NCBI RefSeq assembly: GCF_006345805.1
Contig: NC_043013.1
Location: 48,980,001 to 49,044,000 of the forward strand
Source of the DNA: Octopus sinensis
Taxonomy: Eukaryota
DNA: 64,000 nt
Direction of reading: 5' to 3'
The position numbers and the translations under genes are program-made. Under the pieces are notes generated by a model. That model saw only the letters and a program-made list of their open reading frames with translations. It made no database searches and was not told the DNA's origin. This document shows positions 38,356 to 50,964 of this stretch, in pieces; within the stretch, counting starts at the first letter, position 1; each line of letters opens with the position of its first letter.

Positions 38356-39090
38356 ATAGAAATATGTTACAAAAAGGAAATAGAAACGACACGTGGAAAT
38401 GTAAGAGGAAAGTAAGAAAAGTCAACGAAAATGCACATTGTAAAGAAAAAAAGAAAACGCTTTTTATGAAAGGTAACGACAAATATATACAATTAAATGA
38501 ACCGAGGTAGTAATAAAAGTAATAAAAGTCATTATTATGAAATTATTGAAGAGATTCAAGCTTACCGCGGTTTCGTCAGATACTATTCATTGCTTTGAAT
38601 GAACACCGGCTAATGAACGGTATTAGGTCTAATGGTTCCTGAGTAAAAAAGATTATTTGTAAGGGAGGTAAGTAGCTCTGGATTGTGTGCAGTTAGGTTA
38701 GATATAGAATTGTAATGTGAATGGTGTAAGGGACGTATGGGGGTTAGTGGTATTAATTGAAGGGTTAGTAGTGTTCTGTATTATGTTATGTGTTCATATT
38801 TAGTTGGAGAATATATTTATTGATGAAAATTGCCTCTTTATTCAATCTTTGTGGCATTGAGGTGTTCTATGAACATTGATAGAAAGGGAAAATTTGGAAA
38901 TTAGGATTAAGATTCCTACCACACCTTTCTATGTGTTCACTAACTTGTAATTGTTTGTATTGTGGGCGGCGGATTTGTTCTTTGTGGATGGTGGTTCTTC
39001 GACGGAGTGATAATCCTGTTTGTCCAATATAGTGGTTACCACATCCTAAGCATGTCATGGCATAGATTAGATTTTCCGAGGCACAGGTGA
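38002..39090 (-). mobile_element. Penelope-like element 3' fragment (GIY-YIG, 3' UTR, HHR-bearing terminus)
   Basis: [26 protein letters not shown]...HKEQI...VSEHIERC, a stop, then RLNKEAIFI. HHR at 38002-38090. Confidence 0.8.
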
Positions 39091-39258
39091 AATTATATAT
39101 ATGCACACACACATATATATGTGGATGTATGTGTGTGCATATTATCTATCTATCTATATATATATATATATATATATCTACCTATATATGTATATATATG
39201 CATACATACATATATATATATATGTATACATATATATATATATATGTATATATATATA

Positions 39259-39333
<75 letters not shown>

Positions 39334-39417
39334 TTAGAGACAAAACCACTATTTTGCAAAACAAACAAGGAAAGACTTAATCAATACATAAAATTTTAAT
39401 AAAAAGTAAAAAAACCG

Positions 39418-39460
39418 CCACTACAATTGTTTCATGTCTTGATCGACAATCTTCAGGTGG
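39418..39460 (-). ncRNA. Mirror hammerhead motif in the left arm of the palindrome
   Basis: Exact reverse complement of 39530-39572. Confidence 0.7.
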
Positions 39461-39529
39461 ATTTCCGATTTTCAAATCAGTTTCAATTTAAGAACTTCTT
39501 AAATTGAAACTGATTTGAAAATCGGAAAT

Positions 39530-39572
39530 CCACCTGAAGATTGTCGATCAAGACATGAAACAATTGTAGTGG
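39530..39572 (+). ncRNA. Hammerhead motif in the right arm of a palindrome
   Basis: CCAC-CTGAAGA-T TGTC GATCAA GACA T-GAA-AC AATT GT-A-GTGG. Helix II starts with a U-U mismatch; helix I is 4 bp. Confidence 0.7.
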
Positions 39573-39744
39573 CGGTTTTTTTTTACTTTTTATTAAAATT
39601 AATGTATTGATTAAGTCTTTCCTTGTTTGTTTTGCAAAATAGTGGTTTTGTCTCTAATTAATATTATATAATATTTTACTATAAAATTGGATTTAATCCT
39701 AAATCTGATTTTTCCCTGTAAATTTGGATTTATTCCCTAATATT

Positions 39745-39791
<47 letters not shown>

Positions 39792-39940
39792 ATATGTATA
39801 TGTATATATATATATGCATACATACATATATATATATATATATATAGATATATATATATATAGATACATATATATATATATGCATACATACATATATATA
39901 TGTATATATATACATATATATATATGTATATATATATATG

Positions 39941-39985
<45 letters not shown>

Positions 39986-40223
39986 GCATACATATATACA
40001 TATATATTACAAGCATGCATACATACATGCATAATACATAAAAGTTCATGCAAAGAATATGAATGAGATGAAAAAGAGCCTTGACCTGGTTACAACATTC
40101 TCAAAGGATGTAACGTTGGTGTTTGGTCAGAAGAAATGTTGTTATATGGTTGTGAAAAGGGGGAAACTATAAGCCAGACTAGTAATATCTCCGTTCTATA
40201 TTTAAGAGATGAGAAATTATGTA

Positions 40224-40731
40224 AATTATTTACATTATTTACATTTGACGGATATTTGTCCTCATCTTGTTTGTTGTTAACGTTTCGGCTGATATATACT
40301 CCAGCCTTCATCAGGTGTCTTGGGGAAATTTCGAACTTGGGTTCTCATTCCTAAGGTATTTTTGATCTTCTTCTTCTTCTTCTTCTTCTTCTTCTTCTTC
40401 TTCTTCTTCTTCTTCTTCTTCTTCTTCTTCTTCTTCTTCTTCTTCTTCTTCTTCTTCTTCTTCTTCTTCTTCTTCTTTCTTCTTCTTCTTCTTCTTCTTC
40501 TTCTTCTTCTTCTTCTTCTTCTCCTTCTTCGTCTTCTTCTTCTTCTTCTTCTTATTATTATTATTGTTATTATTATTATAAGATCGAAAAATACCTTAGG
40601 AATGAGAACCCAGATTCGAAATTTCGCCAAGACACCTGATGAAGGCTGGAGGGTATATCAACCGAAACGTTGTGATAACACCAAGCAAGATGAGGACAAA
40701 CATCCGTCAATTGTAAATAATGTAAATAAAT
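40224..40731. repeat. Inverted repeat (~145-bp arms) around a (TTC)n/(TTA)n spacer
   Basis: 40224-40366 is the diverged reverse complement of 40581-40731. Confidence 0.9.
40632..40674 (+). ncRNA. Minimal Penelope-type hammerhead motif
   Basis: CAC-CTGATGA-A-GGCTG GAGGGTATAT CAACC-GAA-ACGT-T-GTG. Extra A after the core, ACGT palindrome in place of helix III, one mismatch in helix II (the other copies read CAGCC). Confidence 0.6.
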
Positions 40732-41654
40732 TAAAATCTCTGCCAACGATTTGACTGTTTCCCCAGTATCTTATGAGGAATGTTACAGGTATATAGGGGA
40801 GGATGAAAATATATCTTACAGTGGCAACTGTAATAAAACACGTATCACTACAGAATATTACAGTCGAATAAAGACGATGTGAACCTCAGAACACTCTGCA
40901 GTAAAAAATAAAATAAATAAATAACAAAACAGTGGCCCACAATGTGTTTGCAGTGTCAGTACTCATACAAACATATGGGGCTGCTTGATTGGACGCTTGA
41001 TGAGATCCGAGCCATTGATGTGAAAACCCGAAAAATACTAACAAGCACACATAATTTCCCCATAAACAGTGATGAAGACCGCCTCTACCAAAAACGAAAG
41101 CAAGGAGGAAGAGGCTTAACATCGATCCAAAATACTTTTGAATGTCGCATCATATCCCTCAAGCAACATCTTTTAACCACCAAGTGTCGAAGTGCATCCC
41201 TTGACCAAGTTTGTATACATGAGGCTGATAATATCAGTTCCTTGAGCATCATTCATTGTCTGATAATCTAGAATGCCTTAAGAAGTCACACGACTCTACC
41301 GTAACGTATCATCAGATGAAAGGATGAGCCTGTATGAGCAGAAGACTATGCATGAATATGTTAGTAGAAAGCACCGTGATGATAGCAACATCGATCATCA
41401 AAGCAGTTTAGCATGGACCAGTAGCCGGTTTACCACCTCCCACTTTGAAAGGTACGCTTCTGCAATCCAGGAGCAGGAAATATGTAACCCAGGAAGGACA
41501 AAGTTAATTCGAAGATCATAGATCCAATCCATCACTGGAACTGTGTAAATCTATAAAACTTTCCAGAAGTTTAACATTTGAATATATATGCGCATGTCTA
41601 AATATGCAACTATATGCATGAGAATACATACGTAAAACATACAAATCTGCTCAT

Positions 41655-42137
41655 ACATACATACATACTTACATACATACATACATGCATCCATACATGC
41701 ATGCATACATACATGCATGCATACATACATACATACATACATGCATACATACATGCATCCATACATGCATGCATACATACATACATACATACATACATAC
41801 ATACATACACATACACATACATACATACATACATACACACATACATACATACATACACACATACATACATACATACATACATACATACATACATGCATAC
41901 ATACATACATGCATACATACACACATACATACACATATACATACATACATACATACACACATACATACATACATACACACATACATACATACATACATAC
42001 ATACATACATACATACATACATACATACATACATACATACATACATACAAAAATACATACATACATACAAAAATACATACATACATACATACATACATAC
42101 ATACATACATACATACATACATACATACATACATACA
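41655..42137. repeat. (ACAT)n microsatellite
   Basis: Direct reading. Confidence 0.95.
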
Positions 42138-42555
42138 AAAATACTCTGTTGTTGATGTTGAAATTCTAATGAAGAAGCCTCGAATCTAGGTTAGATTATT
42201 TCTCTATTGGCAAGAAATCTCGAAATAAACTGAATAATGACATACAGACATACATATATATATATATATCTGGATAACATGACAACAGAAGAATAATAAC
42301 TTAAGCAAGAGTGAGATCTTGAAGTGTCAACAACTTCGTCACTTCATCCATCCCAGAAAAAGATAATTTCTTACAGCTGGGAAAATTGACAATTGATAAT
42401 ACGAATAAAATACAAATTCAATAATCTCGGAAAATGATCGCTTTCTCTATAACTTTCTTCATTCTTTCTTTCTTAGATTCATTCTTTCTCTGATTTTTCT
42501 TTTTTCCTCTAAACACGCCTCCAAAAATTCACCACACACACATACACATACATAC

Positions 42556-42597
<42 letters not shown>

Positions 42598-42755
42598 TCA
42601 GCTATAGATTAAAAATTAGAAAAGAACATTCTCACATATATAACTAACTCACATATATACAAAATGTAAATTTTTCTATAAAAATGCCATTCATGATAAT
42701 TCTCTAAAATGAAGAACATAATTCTGACTACCTATTTTTCTTTATAGATACATGC

Positions 42756-42802
<47 letters not shown>

Positions 42803-42824
42803 ATATATATATATTAATATCTAA

Positions 42825-43248
42825 GGGCTTTGTAAGTTACGGAGAGAAAGCTACTATATACTGTATAATAATATATCATAATAATATTTATTCTTCGATT
42901 TGAAGCGACAATTTTTAAATACAAACAAATTATCAAAATATGATGAGCAAACCCCCAGGCAGAAGCGAGCCCAGAAATCAAAGATTACATGGCTCCTTGT
43001 ACACCCGATTGGCCAAACTCTAACCCATCGATTTCAGTCAAATTTAGTTAATATATACTAAAACTGTCTAATACTACGTATAGTATTTATAAACAAGCCC
43101 GAAAGGCTTTGTAAATTACGGAGAGAGAGTTACTATGGAGGACTCATAGTATAATAATAACTATACAGAAATATATCATAATATTTTCCGATTTGAAGCG
43201 ACAATTTTAAAATACAAACAAATTACCGAATAATGATGAGCTAACCCC
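42825..43248. repeat. Diverged direct repeat pair (~135 bp)
   Basis: GGCTTTGTAA.TTACGGAGAGA...CGATTTGAAGCGACAATTTT..ATACAAACAAATT...TGATGAGC.AACCCC occurs twice. Confidence 0.75.
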
Positions 43249-43400
43249 ATATGTATGTGTATACACACATGGATCCATATATATAAATATGTGTATGTAT
43301 GTATGTATGTATCTATCTATCTAACTATATATATATATATCGTTTAAATATTTAAATATGACCATTCCGAAATATAACAATATCTATCTATCTATCTATC

Positions 43401-43460
<60 letters not shown>

Positions 43461-43465
43461 CTATC

Positions 43466-43498
<33 letters not shown>

Positions 43499-43704
43499 TA
43501 TATATATTATATATAATATATGGGAATGGATGGATATAGTTATATAGTTTTCATAAATGTTTATTGAATGCATCAGTATAGAGGTTAATGAATCGGGTGT
43601 GGTGTTAAATGTTTTCAATATATTTGCTTTTCAATTCAAATATTCCAATGAAATATTTGTTTTAGTTTTCAGCGAAGTAACATTATTATTATTACTGTTA
43701 TTAC

Positions 43705-43757
<53 letters not shown>

Positions 43758-43759
<2 letters not shown>

Positions 43760-44310
43760 GAGTGAGAGAGCAGTTCATGCCATCAAAGTGACACTGGGGT
43801 AAAATATACGAAGCCCAATATACCCATCATGACTACCCGTCTGATAAAGGTACACCAGGCACATGCATCACAACCATATGTGCGCGACATGGTGATCTCA
43901 TATCAAGATAAACAGCACATGACCTTGCAGGTGGGGCCCAGTTAGAATTTTCTTCAGGTTGAGTAGCCCATCCCGCTCAAACGGTCCCTGAATAAGGGTT
44001 TTTAAGATGTTGAAAGAACCCCCATGTTTCCAGAGGTGAACTATTCAAACCCTAAAGAATCCCTCTCAACACATGGCTATGATGCTCCCCCACTACTTCT
44101 GCTCGTGATCAGAGATGCACATATCGTCAGCCACTAAGGGACATGCTCAACTGGTTAAGGTTAAACAACTGACAAGCAAATCTGTGGTATTGAGCAGAAT
44201 ATTTGCTGTAGGCCATCTTTTATACCAAGACAAAACAATGTACATGATAACACTTCCAATCAGTTAAGATCAGAAGCCATGAGATCCACTGCCTAGTAAT
44301 GCATCAGGGC

Positions 44311-44312
<2 letters not shown>
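43758..44312 (-). mobile_element. Same ~550-bp repeat, inserted within (TAT)n
   Basis: (TAT)n runs at 43680-43758 and 44313-44375 flank both ends. Confidence 0.75.
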
Positions 44313-44374
<62 letters not shown>

Positions 44375-44549
44375 GTCATTTTGTCAATAGTACAATATCA
44401 ATCATCTAGTCACGATAGTTACGCATCGCTGATGATCTTCCCGTTATCATTGCCTTTAAAACTGATGCACTCAGCAGTAGGTATTATTGATCATGTTTCT
44501 TATTTCAGCTTTGTTTTTCATTACACACATACAGATACATATATACATA

Positions 44550-44638
<89 letters not shown>

Positions 44639-44750
44639 ATATATATAATTAATATATATTATATATATATTATATATAATATATATATATATATATATTG
44701 TATGTATGTATATGTGTATATTTGTATATATATACATGTATATGTATATT

Positions 44751-44782
<32 letters not shown>

Positions 44783-44847
44783 CACAAATATATATATGTA
44801 TATATATATATACATACACAAATATATATGTATATATATACATATAC

Positions 44848-44878
<31 letters not shown>

Positions 44879-44921
44879 TACATATATATACATATACATA
44901 CAGACACCCACACACACATAC

Positions 44922-44960
<39 letters not shown>

Positions 44961-45479
44961 AGTATATTAATATGTCAAAAATATACTACACATGTTATAA
45001 TATAGGTGGCTCGTTAGTAATTAAAACTTAAAGGCAAGTTAATAAACTATGGTACAAAATAGTACCGGCAATTGTTAGAAATAAGAATCAAAACGACACA
45101 AAATCGCCACTCAGAGCACTAACTTCATGAATTGACGGAAAGCGGGGCAGCAAGCTTTCTATGGTGAGATAAACAAACACATCCTTCTCACGTGTTTTCG
45201 AACTCTGGTCATCATAATTTTAGTTCTCATCAGAGGAACTCACTGGTAGCCCAGAGTCCGAGATCATGGGATAAGGATATGTCTGTTTGCTTAATTTTGT
45301 GAGTTCATCTAACCATGGAAAGGTGCTGTAGCTTGCTCCCCAACTTATCTTCAATTCATAGGGTTAGTGCTCTATGAGGCTATTTTGAGTCGTTTTGACT
45401 CTTATTTCTAGCCGGTACACTGTTGTGTGTATATATAATCACATATATATATATATGTATGTATGTATATATGTGTGCG

Positions 45480-45685
45480 TGTCTATGTCTGTGTTTATCC
45501 TCCCACCTCCGCTTGACGATCGGTTTTGGTGTGTTTACACCCTTGTGACTTAGCGGTTCCGCAAAAGAGACGGATAGAATAAGTACCAGGCTTTAAATAT
45601 ATATCCTGGGGTCGATGTGTTCCGACTAAAACACTTGAAGCTGATGCCCCAGCATGGCTGCCGTCTAATGACTGAAACAAGTACA
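45480..45685 (+). mobile_element. SINE family A-related, 3' half
   Basis: CTTAGCGGTTC.GCAAAAGAGAC...CCAGCATGGC...AATGACTGAAACAAG. Confidence 0.6.
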
Positions 45686-45687
45686 TG

Positions 45688-45724
<37 letters not shown>

Positions 45725-45760
45725 TGCATACATACATACATACATACATACATACATACA

Positions 45761-45793
<33 letters not shown>

Positions 45794-46218
45794 GAGTGCG
45801 TGTGTGTTTCTTGTCTTTTCCTGTCCGTTTTTGTATCATTTATCTGTCCGGATGCTTTATTGTCATCTCTTGCGCTCTTGTCCCATTTTTTGTATGTATA
45901 ATGGAAACCATTTTAATGATGTGCTTAGATTGCATGATACGTGTCCTATGCCAATATTTTAAGCATGCATTTACCTATCTTCAAGCTGGATTTATAAAAT
46001 GCGTGTAATGAAGAGAATCGTTGCCATGCAAGTACTTGAGTGAGTTGGAGAATAATACAGACTGTAAGTTGTGCTTACAGAATGGGTCAGATCGACTTTG
46101 AGTCAAACATGTATGCAGAAATTTCTCCATCTATTTCTTACAACTAATTACAATTAAAACTCTCAAAATATTGAACTGTTTTTACTGAAAGATATTTCAC
46201 GTTTGCTATCGTTAACAG

Positions 46219-46327
46219 ACAAGAAGACACATGTAATATTGGAGGAAGTATTCCTGAACTAGTTCTCCTTACCGGCGAATCTATCAACATAAGTGATGCT
46301 TATCAAGATTCCAGATTTGATCAGACG
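46219..46327 (+). CDS. PDE11A: PDE11A-like exon (109 nt), GAF-B, phase 2/0
   Basis: ttaacag|A CAA...ACG|gtaaga. Translates [36 protein letters not shown], matching PDE11A [28 protein letters not shown]. Confidence 0.92.
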
Positions 46328-46430
46328 GTAAGACACTTCACTACTTGCATGTGTAATTAAAAGAGACTTTGACATTTATGGAGTTGCTTCTTGTTTTAAA
46401 CAGAGGTATCTCTTAAAAAAAAGCAGTATA

Positions 46431-46812
46431 GGCGCAGGAGTAGCTGTGTGGTAAGTAGCTTGCTAACCAACTACATGGTTCCCGGTTCAGTCCCACTCGT
46501 GGCATCTTGGGCAAGTGTCTTCTGCCATAACCCCGGGCCGACCAATGCCTTGTGAGTGGATTTGGTAGACGGAAACTGAAAGAAGCCTGTCGTATATATG
46601 TGTGTGTGTCTGTGTTTGTCCCCCTAGCATTGCTTGACAACCGATGCTGGCGTGTTTATGTCCCCGTCACCTAGCGGTTCGGCAAAAGAGACCGATAGAA
46701 TAAGTACTTGGCTTACAAAAAAATAAGTTCCGGGGTCGAGTTGCTCGATTAAAGGCGGTGCTCCAGCATGGCCACAGTCAAATGACTGAAACAAGTAAAA
46801 GAGTAAAGAGAG
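46431..46812 (+). mobile_element. SINE family A
   Basis: Full-length copy starting 104 bp after the PDE11 exon that ends at 46327. Confidence 0.85.
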
Positions 46813-47252
46813 AGTATATGTATTTTCTTTGCAATTGGCTGCGTCGTAAGAAGCTCCCTTCCTAACCACGTGGTTCCGGGTTCAGTCCCACTGGGGTGTA
46901 ACTTGGGCAAGTGTCTTCTACTGTACTCTTGAGCCAGAAGCTAGCTTGATATTTCTAGGTTTCGGGGGTGGGTACTATACTCACAGGTATTACACTTTGC
47001 CCAATGGTAGTTGTGGTTGGGAGTAATCTTGTTCTTCCCACGTCGTGACCCCACAACCGGGTGCAGTTTTATTGTTAATGTCTGTGGTGGTAGTGGTGGT
47101 GGCACTGTTGTAAGCTGTTGCTCTCTTTGACCAATTCCTGTAGTCGCCGTGACTTTGTTGCTACCGTTGCTCTTCTCTACGATCTTTTCTGGTGCTTTTG
47201 TGTTTGTTTTCGTTTTTGTAGTTGACTGTTGTTATTGCTTTGGAGCACTCTC

Positions 47253-47300
47253 TGGCCTTGTGAATGGATTTAGTAGACGGAAACTGAAAGAACCCCGTCG

Positions 47301-47380
<80 letters not shown>

Positions 47381-47381
47381 C

Positions 47382-47430
<49 letters not shown>

Positions 47431-47627
47431 CCTATCTATCTATCTTCTATCTTCTATCTATCTTATCTATCTATCTATCTATCTATCTACCTATCTATCT
47501 ATCTATCTAGCTAGCTAGCTAGCTATATATCTATCTATTTATCTATTTATCTATTTATCTATCTATCTATCTATCTATCTATTTATCTATCTATCCATCT
47601 ATCCATCTATCTATCTATCTATCTATC

Positions 47628-47667
<40 letters not shown>

Positions 47668-47673
47668 CCTATC

Positions 47674-47715
<42 letters not shown>

Positions 47716-47752
47716 GCTAGCTAGCTAGCTATATATCTATCTATTTATCTAT

Positions 47753-47796
<44 letters not shown>

Positions 47797-47797
47797 A

Positions 47798-47861
<64 letters not shown>

Positions 47862-47870
47862 CATCTATCC

Positions 47871-47913
<43 letters not shown>

Positions 47914-47923
47914 CATCTATCTA

Positions 47924-47956
<33 letters not shown>

Positions 47957-48080
47957 GTATCTGTCTATCTGTCTGTCTGTCTATCTATCTATCTGTGATG
48001 TTGTGTCTATGTTTGTCTCCTACCACCGCTTTACAACCGGTGTTGGGGTCTAATGACTGAAACAAGTAAAAAATAAAAGA
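47253..48080 (+). mobile_element. SINE family A fragment with a ~700-bp (ATCT)n expansion at its internal microsatellite
   Basis: GACGGAAACTGAAAGAACCCCGTCG, then (ATCT)n 47301-47997, then the family 3' motifs ending AATGACTGAAACAAGTAAAA. Confidence 0.65.
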
Positions 48081-48388
48081 ATCCTGACTGATAGTTTATT
48101 TCATTCGGTGAGTAAAGCATTTGAAGATACGCAATAGTTTTGGTGTGCTCAAACAAATAATAATGGTAATCCTTTCTGCTATATAGGTACAAAGCTTGAA
48201 ACTTCGGCTGAGTGTACATCAATTCCATTGCTCAAATGTCACATATTTGATCGACCCCTAAATAGCTCTCTGGACAACGCTGGGTGTTAAAGAATACTTG
48301 AATATCATAGATACCGATATTTTTTAATGATTATGGCTTATTAATACCACGTGCCTGAATGGAACCGAAACGAATCCTTCCCCTGGTA

Positions 48389-48598
48389 TATGATTTATAT
48401 ACAAATAGAGTGGAATCTATTTGCTGATGTGTCTATCCTAGACTCTATTGCGCATAAAGAAAGCACATACACGATGTATGTGCAATCGAGAATGTTTACA
48501 TTACCGTAACTGCTTTCAATTCGTCATTTACTTTCACATGTACCTTAACCGCGAGACATCAGCAAAATGGATTTCACTCTATTTGTATATAAGTCATA
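48389..48598. repeat. Short inverted repeat (~42-bp arms), MITE-like
   Basis: TATGATTTATATACAAATAGAGTGGAATCTATTTGCTGATGT versus the reverse-complement arm at 48556-48598. Confidence 0.6.
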
Positions 48599-48959
48599 GA
48601 CCAGTAGAGTGATTCATCTCAGTTCAATTCAGATGCGTGGTATCAATAATGGTGGAATATGGAAGATACTGATATTTCGCCTTCTGAATTCGATCCGGGG
48701 CGAGTCATCTCGCTTAGTCTATGATATTCAGGTGTTCTTTAACATTCAGCGCTGTTCAGGGAACTATCCCAGACGTTGTTCCACAGAAAATAGGCTTATA
48801 AACAAAGCACATACACAATCTATGTATAATCGATAAATTTTATACATGCACACACACACACATACAAAGTATACCCGGTATACAGTGAAACAAGGAATAG
48901 AAGTATACATAGTGTACAACAGTTACAAGAAAGCAGGAAATGTCCATGGTAGTCTCCCA

Positions 48960-50600
48960 CAGGAAAGTACTTCGGAACAGACTAGCTTGCTAGTTTTCGT
49001 TGACGCCCAGAGTATATATCACTAAAGTGGAAGATCGACTGATCCCATTGCCCGACTGGCAGAGGGCTGTGAGTGTCTGATGACATCCTAGGTGCAAGGC
49101 GCCCAGTCTTTGTCTTTTCTTCGGTCAAGACTGCAGTTTGTCAAGGAGATGTACTGTGGAAAGACTTGCTTCACAGCGGAACCCACATACACTCACCGTT
49201 GTACATGGTGCAACCAGAGCATGTGTCTGCGTATCAGAATCCACAGCATGCCTAAGCCGCCACGGATCGGCTACTGGCAGCAGACTGACCGCCTGGCTAT
49301 TGGAACATTTCGGTAGGGCACGACGGTTGGACGATAAATGATGAAAGCGATGTAGGTATTCGCCACCGCTGCTCGACCTTTTTGGGATAACTTCCTCTCA
49401 GCTTATTTCAAGTTAAGACTGACTATCTTGTTCGTCACCTCGTTACAGTTCTTATCTATCTGAAGGTCAAGCTCGAACCACCCAGAGTAGTTTAACTGAA
49501 GCGTCAGTCCAACGTTCAACGACGCCGTCCGACGGCTTCGATCTGCTTCTACAGATCCCCGTTTTTATTGTTTGTCACGGGGAGTTTTCGATAAAAGTTC
49601 GTTGAAGTTCTACTCTTTTGTAAGAATGCTTGTGTTACTCGTTATTTCCGGCATCAGCTCGCGGTTGCACTTACGAACAATTGTGAAGTTGATAAGAAAT
49701 TCAGGTTCTGTACTCAGTTATATGAGTTGCTGTTGTGATTGTTGTTGTTTTTCATCATTATTTGTTTTATTTTGGTGCTTTCTTTTGTGTCTATTATCAT
49801 GGTTTTGTTGTTGGGATCTTGGTGAATGTGTCAGTGCTGGTGTTAACGTAGGTGATTAATTGTAAGTTAGGACGGCCTTTTTTTAACCGTTCATTCGTTT
49901 TTTTCTCCGACATAAGTCTTTTGTGACAGATTCAATTCCTTCTCAAACTAAGGTTTCTAAATTCATAGTTTCAGGATTAAATGGTATATTTCTATCGCTA
50001 ATCTGTAGGGATGGTTGAGCGCTGTTTGTTTCCGCTGCAATAGTTGTTTGTGTCGTTGTTGTGATATAATCCTGCTGTTGAGCTTGTTGTTGCAGGGATT
50101 GTTGCTGCAACTTTTGGTTTTCTGGATGCAGTACCTGTAGTGGTGGTAGTGGAGCAGGTATTCCTCTAGCTCACTTTTCTCGTTATTGTGGACAGAGGGC
50201 ATTCAAATGCGACACCCGTAAGTGTGGAATCTCGGTTTTCTGCTTTCCACCACGACCTGGATTTGTGCTCCGTTCAGAAGTTCAATGAGCTTGAGGATCT
50301 TTTCAAGCGATTCCAGTTTTATTTGGATCAAAATCTCCAACGCCAGACCAGTCTTCCTTACGATATGTTTTAATATTCAGAAGCATGTTCTGGCCTTGTC
50401 TAATTATAGTGGCACGTCTGTAATTTTAATCGTCACTACCCACTGACTAATATGCGTAGGGAAGAGGAGTAGATCTGTTGCTTGCACTTGACCATCGCAT
50501 GTTTTTAGGCCCCTACCTCTGTGAAGAATCTCACTTCCACAGAAGACAATTGGAAAGGCAAACTCCTGCGTGGAAGATACCCTCACCGCCTGTCCAAGTC
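48960..50600 (-). mobile_element. Internally deleted L1/Tx1-type LINE remnant (ORF1-like region joined to post-RT region)
   Basis: Minus strand gives IQVVVESRKPRFHTYG (decayed knuckle-like) and DLQIDKNCNEVTNKIVSLNLK*AERKLSQKGRAAVANTYI...RRSVC...RGGLGML. Confidence 0.6.
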
Positions 50601-50762
50601 ACATATTGATTAAAATTTAACACACCAATGGCTAGAAAGGACAGATTTGAAAGGGGAAACTGAAGGTTTTATCATTGCAGCGCAAGACTAGAGCTTACCT
50701 TCCAGAAACTGCCATTCAAACGTCCTTAAAGATGGATCTGACTTCTCGTGCAAAATGTGCGG
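50590..50762 (+). mobile_element. R4/Dong-clade LINE fragment (pre-zinc-knuckle region)
   Basis: HQWLERTDLKGETEGFIIAAQD*SLPSRNCHSNVLKDGSDFSCKMCG. Confidence 0.75.
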
Positions 50763-50914
50763 AATATATATATATATATATATATTCAGTTTTCCATCGG
50801 CCAAATCCACTCGACACAAAACAATAGCGGAAACCACTTGCCCAAGGAACAACGTAGTGGGACTGAACGCGGAACCATGTGGTTGGAAAGCAATCTTGTT
50901 ACCACACAGCCACT

Positions 50915-50964
<50 letters not shown>

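Larger units (their letters stand above)
39321..39670. repeat. Near-perfect ~350-bp palindrome centred on 39495
   Basis: Centre is AAGAA-C-TTCTT; the arms differ only in an A/T-run length and one short mismatch/indel. Confidence 0.95.
40040..41490 (+). mobile_element. Degenerate R4/Dong-clade LINE (RT C-terminal half), interrupted at 40192-40740
   Basis: [31 protein letters not shown]; after the insertion NDLTVSPVSYEECYRYIG.DENISY, GLLDWTLDEIRAIDVKTRKILT...DRLYQKRKQGGRGL and TTSHFERYASAIQEQEI. Confidence 0.8.

Noticed and set aside
45182-45237. Minus-strand HHR-like motif CTGATGA-GAACT...AGTTC-GAAAA-CACGTG
   Set aside because: It lacks a U16.1-H17 cleavage site in register and helix I is offset; treated as a decayed remnant.
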